Under the pieces are notes generated by a model. That model had not been told where the DNA came from, did no database searches, and saw only the letters and a program-made list of their open reading frames with translations. Both the position numbers and the translations under genes were made by a program. Below, piece after piece: positions 25,973 through 39,432 of a stretch of 64,000 nt of DNA (its first letter is position 1; each line of letters starts with the position of its first letter). The DNA is from Eledone cirrhosa (Eukaryota), in contig OZ024743.1 of NCBI GenBank assembly GCA_964016885.1, positions 302,684,001 through 302,748,000 of the forward strand. Direction: 5' to 3'.

Positions 25973-27710
25973 GTGAGAGTAGAGTGACTTAGATGCATTA
26001 GTTACTTCTGTTATGACTACGAAAAAGAGACAAAGATTATTAAGGTGGTTTATATTCAAATCAAAGGTTCAAGCCATCGCAGGGAATTGCGATTTCCTAC
26101 CGCTCATACTCATTTAAAGCTTTTTGGCGTGGCTTTAAATAACTGGCTTAAATCAAATTAGGTCATCACCAATGTACTCTCGTAATTCTAATTCAAAGTT
26201 ATATATTACATTGAATGTTATTAGTAGAATAAATCAGCAAATCTTTTCTCCATTAAATCATAACGTACGCATTTATCATATCAAGGTCACATTGGACAGA
26301 AACTGATATGCAGAATGTTAACGATTGAACAATGCTGGTCATAGTCTGCTTGTTCCACAGCAACGACAAGAAATCAACAGCAGAGAAGCAGCAGCGACTA
26401 GAAAACATATTATAACCTGATTAGTAAATATCCTCTTCTATAGCAACAGATTTATTAGCGTAGTCATGGAAAACACTGTTAAAGGTAGTTAAACATTTAT
26501 GGGCACCAGCGTTAATATGAATTAATTATACTATAAGAAGCTATTAGCACATAAATATAACATTAACTCAGAATAAGCAAATGGTTGTAACGCACCAATC
26601 TGTCCATTAAATAATATACAGACAAAGAGACAAGTTCGATATATGAAGTTGATTTCCGCAAATAAAGGAAAATAACATCAGACAAAATATTAAAAACGAG
26701 ATCATCTTTCCGGTACCGAAGTACTTTATATTTTACCTCCATGTATTTGTAAATGCAAAATAGATAAAAAGAAACTGAATACAAATGAAAAACGTCGATT
26801 TCTATTGGAAAATACGTGTAGCTGAGTCAACTATGTAGAGTCGGTTAAAGGTGCCATCACAGCTGTTAACATGTCCGAGGAAGGAATGGACTATTGGATT
26901 GAGAATTCGCAAAAAGTAAGATAATTTTATTGAAGGAATATTTTAAGTGGAAGCGAGATTTTGAATTTAAAGGTGGCTATTTGTGTGTTTTGATTAGATG
27001 GTCGGTGTGATATTTTGGACAGTATATAGTAAATTGTTTTTTAAAATCTAAACTGGCTGTCATCAGATATTAAGGAACTTGACTATATTGATTTAATGTG
27101 GCGACATGTCAATATTTGTTTAACACAGATAACTTCGAGATTCTTAATCGACGTATCTTAGGGGTGTATGTGTATCAACAATAATACCATAGTGGAAGGG
27201 AAAATAAATACAATTGTTCGGTCATAAAATTCTCAGAGCGTCCTATTAAGATGTAGCCAAGGAAAAGAGAGCTTATATTGTTACTATAGGATATTGGCGA
27301 TGGAAAGGTTGAAAGTAGCAAGTTTGACACCGAATGCGCGAAGGTGGAAGGGGATAAAGTGGGCTGTCGCATCTGTAGGTAGAAAGTTTATCTATTATAT
27401 AGAAGTTCTTTGTTATGGTAGTGTTAGTGGCAATATATATATATAAAAGGAAAAAAATGAAACGAAATTTCATTTCCCACACTTAGTACGGCTGTTACTT
27501 AAATATAAGTATGTACACGTACATACATATATGTATATAGACGTACAGTAGTATGTATATATATATACATACATGCACACATATATATATGTACGTATGG
27601 ACTCACCGAACCTTCATTACAATGCTCGGTGTGTTTGTAAACAAACATCCCGTATTAAGCCGCAGTGTCCAGCAACCATCGTTGCTCGCCACTTCAACAC
27701 TAACAAAGGA

Positions 27711-27753
27711 ACGCTGTACTAGTTTCAAGCTTATTAGCTATCGTCAGCAACGT
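27711..27753 (-). ncRNA. Minimal type I hammerhead ribozyme
   Basis: Minus strand: ACGTTG-CTGACGA-T AGCT aata AGCT T-GAAA-CTAG-TA-CAGCGT; palindromic ACTAGT in stem/loop III. Confidence 0.8.
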
Positions 27754-28130
27754 ATACCTTCCTGCCAGATTGTTGTACGTAAATACTTACCTTATGCATA
27801 TAACGACTTAGTAGCCCAATTTGCATATCGAGAGGGTTAATCGGCCGGGTGCACCGAAAACGATAAACGGAAAACAGGAAACGAAATTTCATTTCCCATT
27901 CTTAGTACGGCTGCTACTTAAATATAAGTATGTACACGTACATACATATCTGTATACAGACGTACAGTAGTATGTGTATATATATACATACATACACATA
28001 TATATATATATGTACGTATGGACTCACCGAACATTCATTACAATGCTCTGTGTGTTTGTAATCAAACATCCCGTATTAAGCGCCGTGTCCAGCAACCATC
28101 GTTGCTCGCCTGTTCAACACTGACAAAGGA

Positions 28131-28173
28131 GCGTTGTACTAGTTTCAAACTTATTAGCTATCGTCAGTAACGT
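28131..28173 (-). ncRNA. Minimal type I hammerhead ribozyme (second tandem unit)
   Basis: Same motif exactly 420 bp from the first, with a few stem substitutions. Confidence 0.72.
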
Positions 28174-28737
28174 ATACCTTCCTGCCAGATTGTTGAACGT
28201 ATATACTTACCTTATGCATATTAATGGCTGAGTAGCCCAATGTGCATATCTAGTGGGTTAATCGGCCGGGTGCACCGAAAACGATAAACGGAAAAAATGA
28301 AACGAAATTTCATTTCCCACTCATAGTACGGCTGTTACTTAAATATAAGTATGTACACGTGCATACATATATGTATACAGATGTACAGTAGTATGTATAT
28401 ATATATACATACATGCACACATATATATATGTACGTATGGACTTGTAATGAATGTTCGGTGAGTCCATACGTACATATATATATATGTGTGCCTGTATGT
28501 ATATGTATATACATACTACTGTACGTCTGTATACATATATGTATGTACGTGTACATACTTATATTTAAATAACAGCCGTACTAAGAGTGGGAAATGGAAT
28601 TTCGTTTCATTTTTTTCCGTTTATCGTTTTCGGTGCACCCGGCCGATTAACCCACTCGATATGCAAATTGGGTTACTCAGCCGTTAATATGCATAAGGTA
28701 AGTATATACGTTCAACAATCTGGCAGGAAGGTATACG

Positions 28738-28803
<66 letters not shown>

Positions 28804-29091
28804 AAAAGAATGAAACGAAAACGATAAATGGAAAAGATTGAAACGAAATTTCATTTCTCACTCTTAGTACGGCGGATACCTAAATATAAGTATGTATACA
28901 TACAGGCATATACGTCTACAGACGCACAGTAGTATGTATATATATACATACATGCACACATATATATATGTACATATGGGTTTACCGAACATTTATTATA
29001 ATGTTCGGTTTGTTTGCAAACAAACAGCCTGGATTACGCCGTACAGTGTTCGGCAAGCACCATCGCCCTTTTGTTCAACACTGACACAGGA

Positions 29092-29134
29092 ACGATGTAC
29101 TAGTTTCAAGCTTATTAGCTATCGTCAGCATCGT
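29092..29134 (-). ncRNA. Minimal type I hammerhead ribozyme
   Basis: ACGATG-CTGACGA-TAGCTAATAAGCTT-GAAA-CTAG-TA-CATCGT. Perfect stem I showing covariation against the 27711 copy. Confidence 0.85.
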
Positions 29135-29441
29135 ATACCTATCTTTCAGATGGTTAAACGTCTGAAAGTATATACATTCCTTATGCATATTAACGGCTGA
29201 GCAGCATAATTTGAATATCGAGTGAGTTAGTACACATATATCTAAGTACGTATACATATTTATATTTAGGTATCTGCCGTAATAAGAGTGAGAAATGAAA
29301 TTTCGTTTCATTTTTTTCCATTTATCGTTTTCTGTATGCCCGGCCGACTAACTCATTCGATATTCAATTAGGTTGCTCAGCCGTTAATATTCATAAGGAA
29401 ATATATACTTTCAGACGGTCAACCATCTGACAGAAAGGTAT

Positions 29442-29484
29442 ACGATACTGACGATAGCTAATAAGCGTGAAACTAGTACATCGT
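29442..29484 (+). ncRNA. Minimal type I hammerhead ribozyme
   Basis: ACGATA-CTGACGA-TAGCTAATAAGCGT-GAAA-CTAG-TA-CATCGT; two stem mismatches. Confidence 0.68.
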
Positions 29485-29707
29485 TCCTGTGTCAGTGTTG
29501 AAGAAAAAGGCGACGATCGTTGCCGAGCCCTGTACGGCGTAATTCGGGCTGTGTGTTTATAAACAAACCGGACATTATAATAAATGTTCGGTAAACCCAT
29601 ACGTACATATATATGTGCGCATATATGTATATATATATATATATACATACTACTGTGCGTCTGTACACATATATCTATATACGTATACATACTTATATAT
29701 ATATATA

Positions 29708-30930
29708 TTTCATTTCAGAATTTGTTTAGGAAAATTATTTATCTGAAAACGTGTGTTGAAACAGATATTTTTTATACTTTAGGAGGGTCGTGAGGCCAAT
29801 AAGAAACTCATGCACAGGTTGCTTTCACTCCAATTTTTATTATAAATTAAATTATGAATTTAAAAAATAAAAATTATAAACTTCCGGGTGGTTGGTTGGT
29901 CCACAACCGGACGGTTGTTCATATACTGTCAACTTTCATTCGTCGCACATTTTTGACCTCTTCAGTGATTGGGATTTTTTTCTGTGTTTTGTGCCTCTCC
30001 TCTGTTCTGTCATACGCTATCTTGTTTTGGTGTGTGTTGTGTGCTTAGTTCGCGCATGTTACATCCGAGTGACATCGAGGGTTTGTATTTGTTTATTTAT
30101 TTGTTTATTTACATGTTACAGGTTCTATGTTTGTTCTATGTGTGTGTGTTTTTATTTTGTCCTTAATTGTAAGTTGTGATGTTGCTATTCCATTCATGTT
30201 TTTTATTTAATTTTGGTTGGAGTTCATATATCTTTATTGCCTCTGTGATTTGTCATTGAGTCTTTTCTGTGTAGATTCTATTTTTATTTCTATTTTCTCT
30301 AATTGTCCCTTATGTTATATTTTAGCACGTTGGTGGAGTACTGATGGTTATTTTCTATCTTGAATCTCTCGCCAGTGTGTATTAAATCGTTCTCCTATAC
30401 TACGAGCTGTCTCACCTATGTACACTATATTCTTATATTTACATTGTCCTTCAGTGCTATATACTATGTTTCTAGTTGTATATTTAATATGGGGGCTTAG
30501 TTTACAGATTATGCATTTCTTATCTATACAGGGATGTCTTTGAAAATGGTATGTATTGCTAATAAGTGTTTTTATGGAGGTACCTGGTCTTTCTACTATC
30601 TTAATATGTAGTTTAAATTTATCTATGGCCCTTCCAAATGTGTAAGCTAATTCACCTCTAGGGGTTGTATTGATGAACATTACACTATTTATTTCTATCA
30701 TACCATGAGTTTATTCTATTAACCTTATTCCTAGTTCTTTCTATTCTATTCCAAAATGTTCTCCTATACGAGGGCCATGTCCCATTTGTATCATTATTAA
30801 CCATGTTATGCCATTTGGTTCTGGTTCCTCTATATACTCTGATTTTATCTCTCTGATTGTAACCAGAGAACTGCATACGGTGAATGAAGTGTTGTATGGG
30901 TGTCTCTAGTTCTTTGGGGTTGCCCATGCG
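29708..30930 (-). mobile_element. 3' portion of PLE family B (thumb, GIY-YIG, 3' UTR/pLTR)
   Basis: IQHFIHRMQFSG..., CIDKKCIICK...RNIVYS...VYIGETARSIGERFNTH; highly similar to 56150-57400. Confidence 0.9.
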
Positions 30931-31490
30931 GGATTAAGATAGTAGACATACCAGGTACCAAGGGGAAAATCCTTATTAGAAGATAGGTTTGAGATTCTAG
31001 TACTGATATTATTTACGAAGTTTCTAAAAACCGTGGGAGGGTGCCACGAGACCTTATGAATGTAATTGAGTTTGTCGTTTAGCTTATGGAAGGGTCTGTA
31101 GGTGTGTATGTGAAGGTCTAAATTAATGTCTAAGAAATCTACGCTAGAGAGGTTGGTAGCTACTGTTATCTTAAGTCCTAACTCATTGAAGGTAGAAGCT
31201 AAGTCTTTTTTAAACCGGTCGAGGTCGTGACCACTTTTATGGCTCGATGAGATCAGTCCATAATCGCGGTATATTCCCGTGTGGAAGTCCGGGGATTTAA
31301 CATGTAATATGTCTAAAATAAATAGCTCAACCGAGTTGCATACGTCAGCACTGTCAAACAATCCCATGGAGACGTCGAATAGGTCTGAAGTTGTTGAATT
31401 ATCTGCCCAGGCCACTCCATAGTTGAAGAGGATGGGTTTCCGGCAGTGAACGATGATTTTCCTGGGTAAACCATCGACGGTAGTGTATGT

Positions 31491-31492
<2 letters not shown>
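30931..31492 (-). pseudogene. RT-core fragment of a different PLE lineage fused to the family B fragment
   Basis: FDVSMGLFDSADVC...GIYRDYGL...VDFLDINLDL..YRPFHK...WHPP, homologous to 45612-46310. Confidence 0.85.
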
Positions 31493-31575
<83 letters not shown>

Positions 31576-33448
31576 GAATGAGAGAGAGTATGTGATGCAG
31601 ATTCCCATGAGACCACTCTTCATATGAGTTCTCAAAAGATGACGACATGTGGAATGGGTAGATGGATATGTAAAATCCCGACCAATGGGTAGAACGAGTA
31701 ATCCTCGTTAGCAAATGATGATGCAATAAAATAAAGCACGAGACATGTTGATCATCCATCATAGACGTAGTATCCAGTGACTGTGGCAGGAATAAAATAA
31801 AATGTTCATTAAAACAATTGAAAGCTGCATTTTAATCCCGCGAAAACACTATAAAAATATTAATGGCCCAGTTTCATCATCAAATTGTGATACAATATTT
31901 AAGCGATTTCACCAGACGTTTTCTGCAGAATAAGTTATATAAGACGGCGAACACAAATGGAGAATAGAAAATAGAAGATATTTTTGGTTCAGGGATGGCT
32001 TCGCATCCCGGAATGTCACATTGACATTAATGCTAAACATTGTGGGTTGGTAGGTGAAGATTACCAAGTGGTGCCAGATATTCTACCGGTCACGAAAAAT
32101 GAAATTCATTAATCACAACCAAGGATTATGTTACTACAGATGTTTGGAGATAGTAAATTCTGTGTCAGTAGACATTAGCCTAAAACAGGCTTAGTGTACC
32201 GGTGAGGACTAAAGCGCTATAAAACCTTATGAAACCATATGAAATGTATGGCAGGAATATATTAGTTTGACGCTTGAAATCGCAGATCGTAACTTTTCGG
32301 ACGCCAGTCTTTAATAAAAAAAAAAATAAAAAAAAGTATGATGAATTAAAAATATTGAGGGGAGGTGCTAAGCGGAAACGGAAATATATGTTTAGAGAAA
32401 AATAACAGTTCCATCTCTTCGATAACCGCTGATGCTGGATTTTTGTGTATGATATACATTATTAGGAAGTGGATGATGGAGAGCATCTATCTGAAATGGA
32501 AAATAAACGTTTGTATACGGAGCTATACGTGTCCACATGCGTGTACATGTGTGTGAGTGTTAATGCGTGTGGATGTGTGTGTTATTATAGGTCTGAACAG
32601 AGCTGAGAGAATATGTATGTGTATATGTAAGTAAAAGAGTGTGTGTCTGTGCTTTTAAGTACAAAGCTGTGAGACAACGTATGTTAATGTGAGGGTGTGA
32701 GTGTTATACAGAACTGCGAAGGTAGATATTGAGTTGGATGTACTTAATTTGTTGGTCTATGTTGCCTGCAAGAGCATATGTTTCTAACAATAACATACCA
32801 ATAGTGACCTAGGGGTAAATGTACGAGCATGTGTGTGACAACGAACAAGGAAAACGTGCCGGTAACAAGGGTTGAGAAGTAAGCGCGAATGTAAGTGCGC
32901 AATATTAACGAAATTGGGGAGTGATTTAACCCCATTGGGAAACTAGGACACAAGGCGGAAATCAGACTCTGGTGAGTGCAATTGTATCAGGGTGGGGGCA
33001 TATCCACGTAGTTTGAAACGAGAGGTCAAGTGAAGTCTCCTAGGCCAATAATGTAGTTACAATTCCATGTAGATCTGAATAAATAATTCCACCGAGAGAA
33101 AGTTATGAGAGGTAATGTATTTGTAGTAGGCTTTCGTCAAATTAGATTCCGTTATGCATTCTAAACGAGCTACATAATCATATATGGTTTCAACAATGAA
33201 AACAAAAGGTAAAGACTGGTGCTTAAGGCTATGATTGAACTGATTAAGCACCAATATTCGCCGTTTGTTTTCATTGTTCAACACACATACACACATACAC
33301 ACACACACAGATATATATATATTTATATAAAGATAAATACTTATTTATTCGGTTTTCGTGCACACACAGTCACACAGATACACACACATACAGGCACTCA
33401 GACACACGCATAAATACACACGCACACACATACGCACGCAGACACATA

Positions 33449-33479
<31 letters not shown>

Positions 33480-34195
33480 ATTTGTGTGCCTGTATGTGTG
33501 TGTCTGGTTACCATACAAGACAAACGCTTCGAAACCGCCAATGCTGAGATTATATGTAAATAAGTTACATCACAACAGGAAATATTATAACAACACGTCC
33601 TTTATTAAGTGAAGGATGTAAAACATCTTGAAGCGGTTCATGTCTTCCTACTGGTGCCAGTTTTACTACAGAAGATTTAATGACGTTGAACTTACATGAT
33701 TAAGATATAGACAATAATATACATAACTAAATATAAATATATTGCTATAAATCTCGATACGTATGCTTAAATGCCAAAGGAGAATAAACAGAATCGGATC
33801 TGAATAAAAAATCTAGCCAATCAATCAGAAAACAAAAAGAAATACCCGTGTTCGAATACATAAGTTGATCACTTTGAGATGTAAACATAATTCATTGAAT
33901 CAAAGGATTTATAATGCAATATATTTTTCATTCTCCATCAAACATGAGTAAAGATACGATTTTCCTTTCTTTCTGTTTGTGCTTTGTTCATACGACATGA
34001 ATGATCTGAGAATAACAGCGTCATTTGAACTATGGTACTTGAATATATAAATATAATTACATAAATACACACTAACAGACACTTACACATACACACACGC
34101 ACATACACATACACAAACATCTCTCTCTCTCTCTATATATATATATATACATATATATTTATATGTATACATATATATATATATGTATATACACG

Positions 34196-34257
<62 letters not shown>

Positions 34258-34639
34258 AGTGTATGTGTGTATGTATATATGTATATATGTGAATATATAT
34301 ATGTGTAAATATATATACATATGTATATATATGTTTGCGTGTGTATTTCAGAAAATAGTAACCATTGGAAACATTATATATCATTTATCTTTCGGTGTCA
34401 AGGATTCCTTTACAGGCAGATCAATGAAGACTGTGGTAGATTATGTTGCATATCTGTTGACGTTTATATAGACTACATAATATGAAATAAATATGCACAC
34501 AAATGCGTCTATACTTAAAAGCACATACACAGCATGATATCTGCTTCAAAAGTAAGGGACCGAAAGGACATTGCCGGAGATAGGTTTCAGCTCCTCGATA
34601 ACGTGCCTGCTCGCATATCAGTTTCAGAGTGATTGTTCA

Positions 34640-36600
34640 GAAGAAAATATTCCCACGCTTCCAAATCCTTTGTGATTCAATGCTGTTGACAGTGGAGTAT
34701 GATAGTTTGATAGTTTTTTATTAAATATGTTATGATATTTATTAATTTTAGGGAAATGTTTGTCAACTAATTTGAAACAAGTGTAAGGTAGCTTAGTTTT
34801 TATAGAGGGGTTAAACATTGATTGAAAGATAAGTAGTTTCTATTTCTGCATCTTCTATAGTTATTAGTGGTCTTTGTATTAGTATCATTTTCCTTTAATT
34901 TACGTGCTTGTTGCCAATGTTTATGTTTAATAGAAGAACTATCAAACTGTTATATTCCACTGCCAACAACATTGAATCACACATATATAAAATTAACTAT
35001 AAAAGAATTTATAATACAAGTGGCCCGTAAATAAGTACCATAGCACCTAATACAAAACATAAGCATATGACATCATCACAACCAAACACACCTCAGGGCA
35101 CATCACCACAATACATCAACAAACCCAATTCTCTGCCCATACATAGCGACCTACAAAACCATATAAAGAACCGGCGCATAGAAAAATATCTAAATATACT
35201 GCCATCTACCTGACAAATGCCCTTTACAAAATAGATGCCTAGAGACAAATATAATATACCTATGTACTATAAATTCAGGTACCTTAGCATGGCATTACAT
35301 TGGTTCCACAACTGGGGAGTTTAAGGAAAGGTGATACATACACAGACACTCTATGAGTAACAGGAATGTCTCAAAGACAACGACTCTCGCTGATAAAATC
35401 GGGCAACTCAAAGATGCAAACATGGAATATAAAATCAAAAGCAAAGACCTATCAAATTGGTATGTCCCACTGTGGTCTCTGTACTATGGAGCCTTTCTAA
35501 ATTTTAATTTACAAAATTCTTCTTAACAGTAAAATTGAAAAAAATATTTTTTGTCGACATAAATCCGCGACTATATTTGAGAAGTTTAGACCAGCTTAAT
35601 TCCATTTTATCTATACCATAACCCAGAGAGTACCACTTGGATCTATTATGATATCAACATCATCATCATTATAATTATAATTATAATTATAATTGTCATC
35701 ATCTATCAAAGAACAACATCAAAACCTCTTATATTTACAGTCTTATTTCATATATCTCTATTTTTCACTCTTTATCTTAATATTTCTTTCCCTAAATTTA
35801 TTTCATCTCTGTCATTTTATTTTATCATATAATATAACTTAAAACTAATTAATTTATTTATTTATTAAAATAACCAATACACATATTTAACATTATCATA
35901 TTTTCACCATTTTTTCATACGCTTTTTATATATCTATTTTTATTTTTATTTATATTTATTCATGCATTAACGTTTATTCATTTATTTGTCCCTCTATTCT
36001 TCTCTCTATCCTACGTTATTTTTACTTGTGTTTGTCTCTCCTCAATCTGCCATCATCTTCTAAATATCTTCCTCACTTTATATTTCTATCTATAATAATT
36101 TCTCCTTTTCTCCTTCTTTCTCTTTTTCATTTTCCTTCTTCTTTCTCTTTCCTTTTCTTTCTCTCTTTACTGTATCTATCTCCCTTTCTTCCCCCTTTTC
36201 TTTCTATATCATTATTATTAATATTAGTTTTTTTTTTTTTGATGATGTAATTTGAATTTGTAATTTTGCCGATTACTTATATATTTTTGTTAACCGTTCC
36301 TGAAGATCTAATAGAGTTAACATCGTATTTAAAATTGAGTGGCACTGCTTTTAGTATTCATCAATTTGTAGACATCTCTATCAGTGAAACAATTGTTAGA
36401 CTGCAAACAAATCCCCTTTTTTGTACTGTTGGCCATGTTATTCTCCACCTTTTCAAGATAAACTTACATAGGAATACAAGTGAAATCATAAACACATCAT
36501 CTACGTAAACCTCTTGTTGAGGTTTACGTAGATGATAAACTATCCATATTAAGAAGTATTCACAACCTTTAATTGGGTCATCTATAACGATATTTTGATA
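34640..36600. mobile_element. Decayed PLE with inverted 5' piece (34640-34860 minus; 34920-35600 plus), 3' UTR and HHR-like motif, ending in (TA)n
   Basis: Minus strand FNPSIKTK..LVDKHFPK..KYHNIFN; plus strand CPLQNRCLETNIIY...HYIGSTTGEFKER*. CTGAAGA...GAAACAATTGTT at 36300-36397. Confidence 0.75.
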
Positions 36601-36611
36601 TCCTTTATATA

Positions 36612-36791
<180 letters not shown>

Positions 36792-36844
36792 ATTATTTAT
36801 ATATATAATTTTGATATCCTTTATATATATATATTATATAATAA

Positions 36845-36875
<31 letters not shown>

Positions 36876-36957
36876 TGTGTTGTTGTCTCGCATACACACA
36901 TTATAGCATTCCACCATACGAACATACTACACTGCCAATACAGATGAACAAGGCAAC

Positions 36958-37046
<89 letters not shown>

Positions 37047-37284
37047 AAGCGAGACAACAACACACGCACACACACACACAGTAACATCTAACAAACAGGC
37101 AGAGAATGGACTGACAGCTAGCGCCATCCCACTCCTTCATTCGGCCGCTGACCTCTGTACGACCGACCCCATTTCATGCGCACGCGCGCTCTGCCGAATA
37201 CCTCAGATATTCAAATCAGCAAACAGCGACAGACGCCTTCCGGACTTGTCCGACAGACAACCTTTTTCCCCACCCCGGAAAAAA

Positions 37285-37322
37285 CCCCCAGTTGATGGAT
37301 GTGAATCCGAAATATATAGGGA
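37285..37322 (+). ncRNA. Degenerate minimal HHR-like motif
   Basis: CCC-CAGTTGA-T-GGAT gtga ATCC-GAAA-TATA-TA-GGG; stems intact but two core substitutions. Confidence 0.4.
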
Positions 37323-37589
37323 CTATTAAATCTCTCCCAAGGTAACTCTCTCTTGTGTTGTTATTTTTATTTTTATCCTTTTACTCTTCCCTTCATTCTA
37401 CACATCTCACACATCTTATACACACCACGCATCTCAACGTACACCCACTTACATCTCTCTCTCCACCACCGGACCTTGTTACCCGGAGTTTTACCCATTT
37501 GCATTGTCGAGGCTTCCAAACGACTTATAGATATTTACTTATTGTTCCACAATGCTTCAAGCAAACTTCAATACTCTCTTATATATATA

Positions 37590-37621
<32 letters not shown>

Positions 37622-38176
37622 ATATATATATAAAAATCATTTGCATATTACAATAGTTCGAATATGAAGAATCTAATGGTACAATCGGGATCCCGGGCCT
37701 CACACCTACTCGACATCTGATCTGAGGAGGGAACTAATCTGTGCAAAGTGAGATACAAAGAGATAGAATGCATATTTGCATATATAATCTCAAATAACTG
37801 ATTAAATTTCAAGGAAGAGTCGGATCCCGCTAGTTATGATTGTTTACTAAGCTGATCGATAATGAAACGATTGCAATATGCAAAAAAGTTCATTGCTACA
37901 TTGACTTCGATATTACTTTCTTTTATTTAAATTATGTACATCACAGCCATCTTACCTTTGGAAAACAACACAAATCGAGACAGACCGTGTAGCTGTATCA
38001 AATGCTGAGTGTGGTGTAGGGTATTTACCTGTAGTAAAACAGTTAACTAACACACACACACGCACACACACTTTTATAAATATATATGTATTTATATACA
38101 CATATATGGAGGGAGAGAGTGAATGAGTGAGAAAGATTGATAGATGGAGAGATATGTATGTTTATATATACATGTT

Positions 38177-38235
<59 letters not shown>

Positions 38236-39318
38236 ATGTGTGTATGTGTGTGTGAGTGTGTATGTCTGTGTATTTACGTATGGTGGTGCTTTAGAGTGTT
38301 TGTGTGTCTATATTTATTTGTCTGTCTGTCCTTTAAGTGCTTGTAGGAATTTATGAAGCTGCGTATATATTTGCAATGCAACAACAAGAAAACCAAGAGC
38401 AAGAAATCCATACCTAATATCTTGTAATGCCATCAATCAATCTATTCAGTCTGATGTCTTCTTTCCAATACATTTAGGTAATGGAAATATCCAGGGAGGC
38501 ATGTTGTCTGAGATTGAAATCACAAGCTGAATGATATAAATATATATATGTATGTATATCTTTTATCAATCAAAATCAGGTACACTCATATACCTACAGT
38601 CTCACACAAATACTTCCATATAAGCACACGCACAAAAACACACACAAGCATACACTTCCAAACACATACGTATCTATAGATATATTTTTCTACGGTTGTA
38701 GTTTACTTCACGTGAATATAGATTCTTGGCAACGAAATGCAAACTCTAGTAATGCCAAATGCACTTGTATGCAAAAGTGAATCTGGAAAAATTATATATC
38801 TGCTAATGGTAGGAATTCCACAAATCATGTATGCACAGTCGAAGATAATTTTTCTGCAAAGAAAATAGGATTGCCTCGAAAAGAGATGTTATTTTTATTC
38901 GTTTATTTATTTTTTTTATTGTAAGATAAGACACAGTAAACTTGTATGTACTATCTTTGAAGCTAGTTTTATTGCAATATAGGACACAATCGGTAATTCT
39001 TGTGCGTATATTTATTAATGTTATCTCTGTTTGGTACTCAAGTTAGATGTCTATATATAGATGAGAAGAAAACAATTCTATCCATGACCATCTCGTAAAT
39101 TATTCAAATCTATTTCAATATCACCACTGTCTCTCTAATTTGAAAGTGTAATGAAGTATTAAGTGATATTTGTAGAACAACCAATTGGAGCTTCTGTTGT
39201 TGAATAGCCAAGAAATAATATTATATACATGAATGGTTTTTCAAAGAATATATTATCTTGAATCTCTAAATGCACAACACAATAGAAATGTTGTTATGTT
39301 AATATATAGCATTTGCAT

Positions 39319-39432
<114 letters not shown>

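Larger units (their letters stand above)
27446..28740 (-). repeat. Tandem ~420-bp HHR-containing non-coding repeat (2.4 direct units plus an inverted partial unit)
   Basis: AAACGAAATTTCATTTCCCA recurs at ~27459, 27878 and 28299; inversion point ~28444; flanked by (TA)n. Confidence 0.9.
28802..29700. repeat. Head-to-head pair of the ~420-bp HHR repeat (diverged subfamily)
   Basis: 28802-~29230 is in the same orientation as the 27446 units; ~29231-29700 is inverted; (TA)n on both sides. Confidence 0.85.

Noticed and set aside
27446-29700. Possible CRISPR-like array
   Set aside because: Whole 420-bp units repeat with no unique spacers, there are no cas genes, and the context is eukaryotic.
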